A stretch of DNA of 39,751 bases from a phage: sequence record PZ402302.1; one strand, 5' to 3'. The notes under the pieces were generated by a model that made no database searches, had not been told where the DNA came from, and saw only the letters and a program-made list of their open reading frames with translations. Of the stretch, positions 36,301 to 39,751 are shown piece by piece. Numbering within the stretch: position 1 is the stretch's first letter; every line of letters starts with the position of its first letter. The position numbers were made by a program, and so were the translations under genes.

Positions 36301-37337
36301 ACACAACTCAAGAACTGGCGGCTCGCTCACCTCTGACCAAGTTCCTCAACGGTACATCAAACTACCTTCTGGACATGGCCCGTCAAGGTGTCATGGGGGA
36401 TGTGGTAACTCACGCCATTACTGGTAAGGGTGCCAACAAGTGGATTAAAGGAGACATGCTGAAATCTGCGAGTATCTCTAAGGAACAGTGGGAAGGCATT
36501 CAGAACCTCATCCGCGAGAACGTCACTCAAGGCGCTGACGGCAAGTACACCTTCAAGGACAAGCGCAAGCTGGCTAATGACCCTCGTGCTATGGACTTGT
36601 GGCGCTTAGCTGATAAGGTTGCCGATGAGACAATGCTGAGACCTCACAAGGTTTCACTTCAGGATTCCCATGCGTTTGGTGCTGCCGCTAAGTTGGTCCT
36701 TCAGTTTAAGTCGTTTGTCATCAAGTCGATGAACTCTAAGTTTATCCGCTCTGGTCACGAGGCTATGAAGAATCACCGAGCTATGGACATGGCGCTGACC
36801 TACGCAATCTCTGGAGGTATCGCTGGTTCCTACTACGTGGCACAGGCCCACTTGAAGGCTGCTGGTCTACCTAAAGAGCAACAGAAGGACTACTTGAAGA
36901 AAGCTCTTGACCCTAAGATGATTGCCTATGCTGCTGCGTCCCGAAGTTCACACCTTGGGTCGCCTCTGAGTATCGCAAACTTCGCTATGGGTGCTGCTGG
37001 TTATGACCAAGGTCTCATGGTCCGCTCTACTATTCTCCCGAAAGGTGAGGACAAGCGGGAACGGAATAAGGCGGTAACTTCCCGTGACATGAGTGAATCC
37101 ATTATGGGTGCTATTGGTGAACAGGTTCCTGCTCTTGGCTTCGCGGGTGCTGCTCTAGCTACTGGTCGAAATGCTTATGGTGTCCTTACGGCTCCAAACA
37201 AAGTGACCGAGCGTGAGATGATGACTGGCTTAATGAACGCCCACCGAGAGATGATTCCTAACGACCCAATCTCTCAACAGATGCTTATTAAGTTCTATGA
37301 GGCCAACGGTGTTCACATTAAGGCTGACAAGAAGTAA
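33390..37337 (+). CDS. 16: internal virion protein D with N-terminal lytic transglycosylase domain (T7 gp16-like), 1315 aa; GTG start
   Basis: N-terminus VDKYNP...GVSYGLLRKVGWVESRF.P.A.S.TGP.GVMQFTKATGQAYGL (SLT motif) and many downstream blocks match recalled T7 gp16; GTG at 33390 with RBS taggagg 6 nt upstream. Confidence 0.95.
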   Translation: MDKYNPNEPHEYDALFQQAADTHGVSYGLLRKVGWVESRFKPTAQSPTGPRGVMQFTKATGQAYGLQNDEDFTDPAKSIDAGARYLADLVKKYDGDELKAALAYNQGEGRNGKPQLEAYDSGNFAGIGDEGRNYLRSLLDVAKSPKSGDIESFGGITPKAKGIPFDAAMSGIGKKGKVTTELPESHEMSFQGKEQAAPNQPFGKDYWEAKGTTLDEANERSTFFGFGNAAEAELSNSTLGVAFRAGKRDNGFDVLTDVLQPTRFNSHIWSPEELEKIRNEVKNPAYMNVVLGGSAENLDELIKLANENFELDSKAADAGLAAKLSAGLIGAGVDPLTYVPIAGSTAKGFKLVNKALMVGAQAGALNVASEGLRTSVAGGDAHYAEAALAGMLLAGGLTAVADGVAAGLRKSGAEQIENPFAAAQMRFEARETARNTDGYDASRMPPSEDRVFSQHNGVEYAPLETEPGAVVLKDGSIISDTNLANPMTAKEFAEVDPERAAWGLPMRGLSEIGLRTLRSEHAEIRGLAKDLVRSPTGMESGSHGKFGATASDIKERLHSNNQRTYNDLYGAMKEAMADPEWSVGMFKQGAQGARQEIYRRVAIAIERPELQANLTKAERKVMDIMKEHFDLKREMMENPSMFGNKATSIFPNSRHKGTYVPHVYSREAKQLYSQALGGSDGLQEAIAASWMTSYRSRPEVKTRVDEHLAETLGIDPKAVTEEMVMKHASDKAYGIAKTDEFNSSSVIDDNIEGLVGIENNSFLEARNLFDSDMPVTLPNGQQFSVNDLRDFDMKHVMPAYDRRVDGDIAIMGGTGKTTAELKDSIMALDKKSEGKGTMKGEVEALKDTVKILTGRARRNHDTVGDTMVRALSDMSFFTKNAYMGLQNLTEISGMLQKGNIRAMLHGIPVLRDLAFRNKPVSGSELKELHSMVFGKEFDQLIRPSRQDIIQRLRESTDTPDVAAKVVGTIKHTTQELAARSPLTKFLNGTSNYLLDMARQGVMGDVVTHAITGKGANKWIKGDMLKSASISKEQWEGIQNLIRENVTQGADGKYTFKDKRKLANDPRAMDLWRLADKVADETMLRPHKVSLQDSHAFGAAAKLVLQFKSFVIKSMNSKFIRSGHEAMKNHRAMDMALTYAISGGIAGSYYVAQAHLKAAGLPKEQQKDYLKKALDPKMIAYAAASRSSHLGSPLSIANFAMGAAGYDQGLMVRSTILPKGEDKRERNKAVTSRDMSESIMGAIGEQVPALGFAGAALATGRNAYGVLTAPNKVTEREMMTGLMNAHREMIPNDPISQQMLIKFYEANGVHIKADKK

Positions 37338-37338
37338 A

Positions 37339-37361
37339 CAATACGACTCACTATTGGGAAG
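37339..37361 (+). promoter_or_regulatory. phage RNAP promoter (phi17-like)
   Basis: caatacgactcactattgggaaggc. Confidence 0.85.
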
Positions 37362-37407
37362 GCTCACATAGCTTCCCTCTATTTACCTAACCGAAAGGAG
37401 GCTACAG

Positions 37408-39432
37408 ATGGCTAACAAAATTTCCACTGTGCGTACTTACCCACTTAATGGTGCCGTGAACTTCACAATCACCTTTGAGTATCTGGCCCGTAAGTTCGTG
37501 CAAGTAACCCTAATTGGTAAAGACCGTAAGGAACTGGTTCTCAATCAGGACTACCGCTTTACCTCTAAGACGCAAATCACAACCTCTCGTACTTGGACTG
37601 CCGCAGATGGCTACCAGATGATTGAGATTCGTCGATTCACTTCAGCTACTGACCGTCTGGTTGACTTTGCTGATGGCTCTATTCTTCGTGCGTATGACCT
37701 GAACATCTCACAGATTCAGACGCTGCACGTTGCTGAGGAAGCACGAGACCTCACTGCTGATACTATTGGTGTCAACAACGATGGTCACTTAGATGCCCGT
37801 GGTCGTAAGATTGTGAACCTTGCGTTCGCTACCAATGACTATGATGCTGTCCCTCTGAAGCAGATTAAAGAGCGTGAGTCCTCTGCGTGGAATGCTGTCA
37901 CTAAGGCAAACGAACATGCTGACCGTTCTAATCGAGAGGCTAACCGTTCTCGTGATGAGGCTAACCGTGCTCAACGTGAAGCTGACCGTTCAACTCAACA
38001 GGCGGGTATCTCTACGGCACAGGCGGTTGAGTCTAAGAAGCAAGCTGACCGTTCTAACTCTGAGGCCAACCGTGCTAAAGGTTATGCTGATAGTATGACA
38101 GCCAGTGTCGCTGAGGCCAAGAAGCAAGCTGACCGTTCCAACTCTGAGGCCAATCGTGCCCGTGATGAGGCCAATCGTGCTGCCGGAGAAGTGACTAAAG
38201 CTGCTGCGGAGGTTGCCAAGGCTGCTGCACATGTTGAGACCGCTAAAGGTCATGCAGACCGCGCGAACACTGAGGCTAATCGCTCCAAAGGTGAGGCTGA
38301 CCGTGCTAAGACTGAGGCCGACAAGTTAGGCAGCATGAATGCACTTGCAGGGGCTATTGAAAGTGTATCAGGCAATGATGTACGCTTTAAGGGTAAAGTA
38401 AGTGGGCACAGTCTGACTCTACATAATGATGCTAAAGGCGCTGGGACTCAACCAGTAGACCAAGTGTGGAACCAGTGGCGTGGTCAGGACTCTAAGGAGA
38501 CCGTATGGGAACAGTGGATTCAAGCTGGGACAAAACGAATGGACTACTATGTGTTCACTAACACCGACCCGGCAACGTGGCCTGAAGGTCGTTCCAATGG
38601 TCATGGTCGTCATGACTTCTATGGTGGATTCCACTCTCATCATGACTCTCGATTCTACCAGAACGTCTCTATGGATGGGTATCTTCGAGTATCTAAGTAT
38701 ATTAGGGCTGACGAGAGATTCTACACTGAGTCAACTTTTGGGTCAGGAGCGTTCGCAAACCAGTTGAACAACAATGCCCCTTACTCTCAAAGCCTCCCCG
38801 GAAATCAGGATGGTAAGGTATACTACCCTATGATTAAACAATATGGTAGACGCTCAAATGGTTATCCGGCGGCATTCTCCATCGGTATGGTATCCAAGGG
38901 TAGCAACAACTTCCACGATGGTATCATCCAACTCAAGGGGGATGGCGGTAATGAACATGCCCTTACAATGACTATTCAAGGCGCATTGGCAAGTAGTAAG
39001 GGGTGGCAGATTGCGGCAGATGGTAACTTATACATCAAGAAGTATGATTCTTACATCGACGGTTGGGTAAACAAACGCCTTGGTGAACATGCTTACAATA
39101 AAAGCGAAGTAAACAACCTAGTCAATGGACGGTTAACTCAAGCGCAAGCTGATGGTCGCTACATTCGCAAGAACGCTGGGTGGTCAGAAGTATGGCATGG
39201 TTCCGCTGGTGGTGGGGTATCCGTAGGTCTCTCTCAAGATGTCCGCTGGAGAACCATCTGGATTCAAACTCAAGGCAAATGGAACCCGGTTGAGATTGGG
39301 GACAATGGGGCTTACTACATTTCATCGATGGGCGGGTGGTTGACCTTTACAATCTCCAACAACGGGCGTACATTCCGTAACGATGGTGATAGGTCTTCTG
39401 TTCCTACACGCATCCTTGTGCGTAACAACTAA
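37408..39432 (+). CDS. 17: tail fiber protein (gp17-like), 674 aa: conserved N-terminal tail-attachment domain, repeat-rich shaft, divergent C-terminal receptor-binding region
   Basis: First ~150 aa (MANKISTVRTYPLNGAVNFTITFEYLARKFVQVTLIGKDRKELVLNQDYRF...) match recalled T7/T3 gp17; ADRSNSEANRA-type repeats residues ~170-300; C-terminal ~370 aa not recognisably T7-like. Confidence 0.92.
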   Translation: MANKISTVRTYPLNGAVNFTITFEYLARKFVQVTLIGKDRKELVLNQDYRFTSKTQITTSRTWTAADGYQMIEIRRFTSATDRLVDFADGSILRAYDLNISQIQTLHVAEEARDLTADTIGVNNDGHLDARGRKIVNLAFATNDYDAVPLKQIKERESSAWNAVTKANEHADRSNREANRSRDEANRAQREADRSTQQAGISTAQAVESKKQADRSNSEANRAKGYADSMTASVAEAKKQADRSNSEANRARDEANRAAGEVTKAAAEVAKAAAHVETAKGHADRANTEANRSKGEADRAKTEADKLGSMNALAGAIESVSGNDVRFKGKVSGHSLTLHNDAKGAGTQPVDQVWNQWRGQDSKETVWEQWIQAGTKRMDYYVFTNTDPATWPEGRSNGHGRHDFYGGFHSHHDSRFYQNVSMDGYLRVSKYIRADERFYTESTFGSGAFANQLNNNAPYSQSLPGNQDGKVYYPMIKQYGRRSNGYPAAFSIGMVSKGSNNFHDGIIQLKGDGGNEHALTMTIQGALASSKGWQIAADGNLYIKKYDSYIDGWVNKRLGEHAYNKSEVNNLVNGRLTQAQADGRYIRKNAGWSEVWHGSAGGGVSVGLSQDVRWRTIWIQTQGKWNPVEIGDNGAYYISSMGGWLTFTISNNGRTFRNDGDRSSVPTRILVRNN

Positions 39433-39476
39433 TGGAATACAACGAGGCCAAGGATGGCTGACACTAGGAGGACATA

Positions 39477-39683
39477 ATGTTGTCATTGGATTTTAATAAC
39501 GAGGTAGTGAAGGCTGCTCCGATTGTAGGGACAGGTGTAGCCGATGGTGCTGCCCGTCTGTTCTTCGGACTGTCCCTTAACGAGTGGTTCTATGTAGCTG
39601 CAATTGCTTACACGGTGGCTCAAATTGGTGCCAAGGTAGTCGATGTGATTATCAAATGGAAGAAGGAGGGTAAAGATGTATAA
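39477..39683 (+). CDS. 17.5: holin / lysis protein (T7 gp17.5-like), 68 aa
   Basis: MLSLDFNNEVVKAAPIVGTGVADGAARLFFGLSLNEWFYVAAIAYTVAQIGAKVVD nearly identical to recalled T7 gp17.5. Confidence 0.9.
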   Translation: MLSLDFNNEVVKAAPIVGTGVADGAARLFFGLSLNEWFYVAAIAYTVAQIGAKVVDVIIKWKKEGKDV

Positions 39684-39751
39684 GATCGGTTATGGGGAAG
39701 GTATCCAAATGGACGAACACCCGGATTTCATTAACGGAGAGGAGAATTGGG
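39676..39751 (+). CDS. short ORF running off the window end (MYKIGYGEGIQMDEHPDFINGEENW...); would end 8 nt into the window start if the sequence is circularly permuted
   Basis: ATG at 39676 overlaps the holin 3-prime end; open to the last base; joined to position 1 it reads ...W-D-V-stop overlapping the gene 18 ATG. Confidence 0.25.
   Translation, partial: MYKIGYGEGIQMDEHPDFINGEENW

Overview
The window reads as an essentially complete (~39.75 kb) genome of a T7-like podophage, with every gene on the + strand in canonical T7 order. It appears rotated to start at the small-terminase gene (gene 18): the terminal-repeat/concatemer junction sits at about 3.8-4.0 kb, and a short ORF runs off the 3-prime end into position 1. 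Proteins were recognised from recalled T7/T3 sequences, not from a database search, and every promoter, hairpin and repeat was read directly from the sequence. Layout: gene 18, spanins 18.5/18.7, an extra 185-aa ORF, large terminase 19, phiOR, 19.5, terminal repeat, phiOL, three sigma70 early promoters, a T3-type SAM hydrolase (0.3), kinase 0.7, RNA polymerase, then the class II genes (ligase, gp2, SSB, endonuclease I, lysozyme, primase-helicase, DNA polymerase, exonuclease) and the class III genes (portal, scaffold, capsid 10A/10B by -1 frameshift, Tphi, tail tube 11/12, core proteins 13-16, tail fiber 17, holin 17.5). Sixteen phage-RNAP promoters share the T7 core ACGACTCAC but mostly have T at -1 (consensus TAATACGACTCACTATTGGGAGA). 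About eight RNase III-type hairpins, the early terminator TE and the late terminator Tphi are present. Departures from the T7 blueprint worth follow-up: (1) a 185-aa ORF inserted between the spanin and terminase genes; (2) a 185-aa membrane-anchored coiled-coil protein gene inserted between phi1.1A and phi1.1B; (3) an array of five perfect TGTGGATAA motifs (complement of the DnaA box TTATCCACA) inside the terminal repeat; (4) an unknown early ORF bracketed by three RNase III-type hairpins, two of them an exact 77-bp tandem duplication; (5) a tail fiber with conserved N-terminus and divergent C-terminus; (6) an unusually long structured gene 10 leader. No tRNA, CRISPR, integrase or minus-strand gene could be supported.
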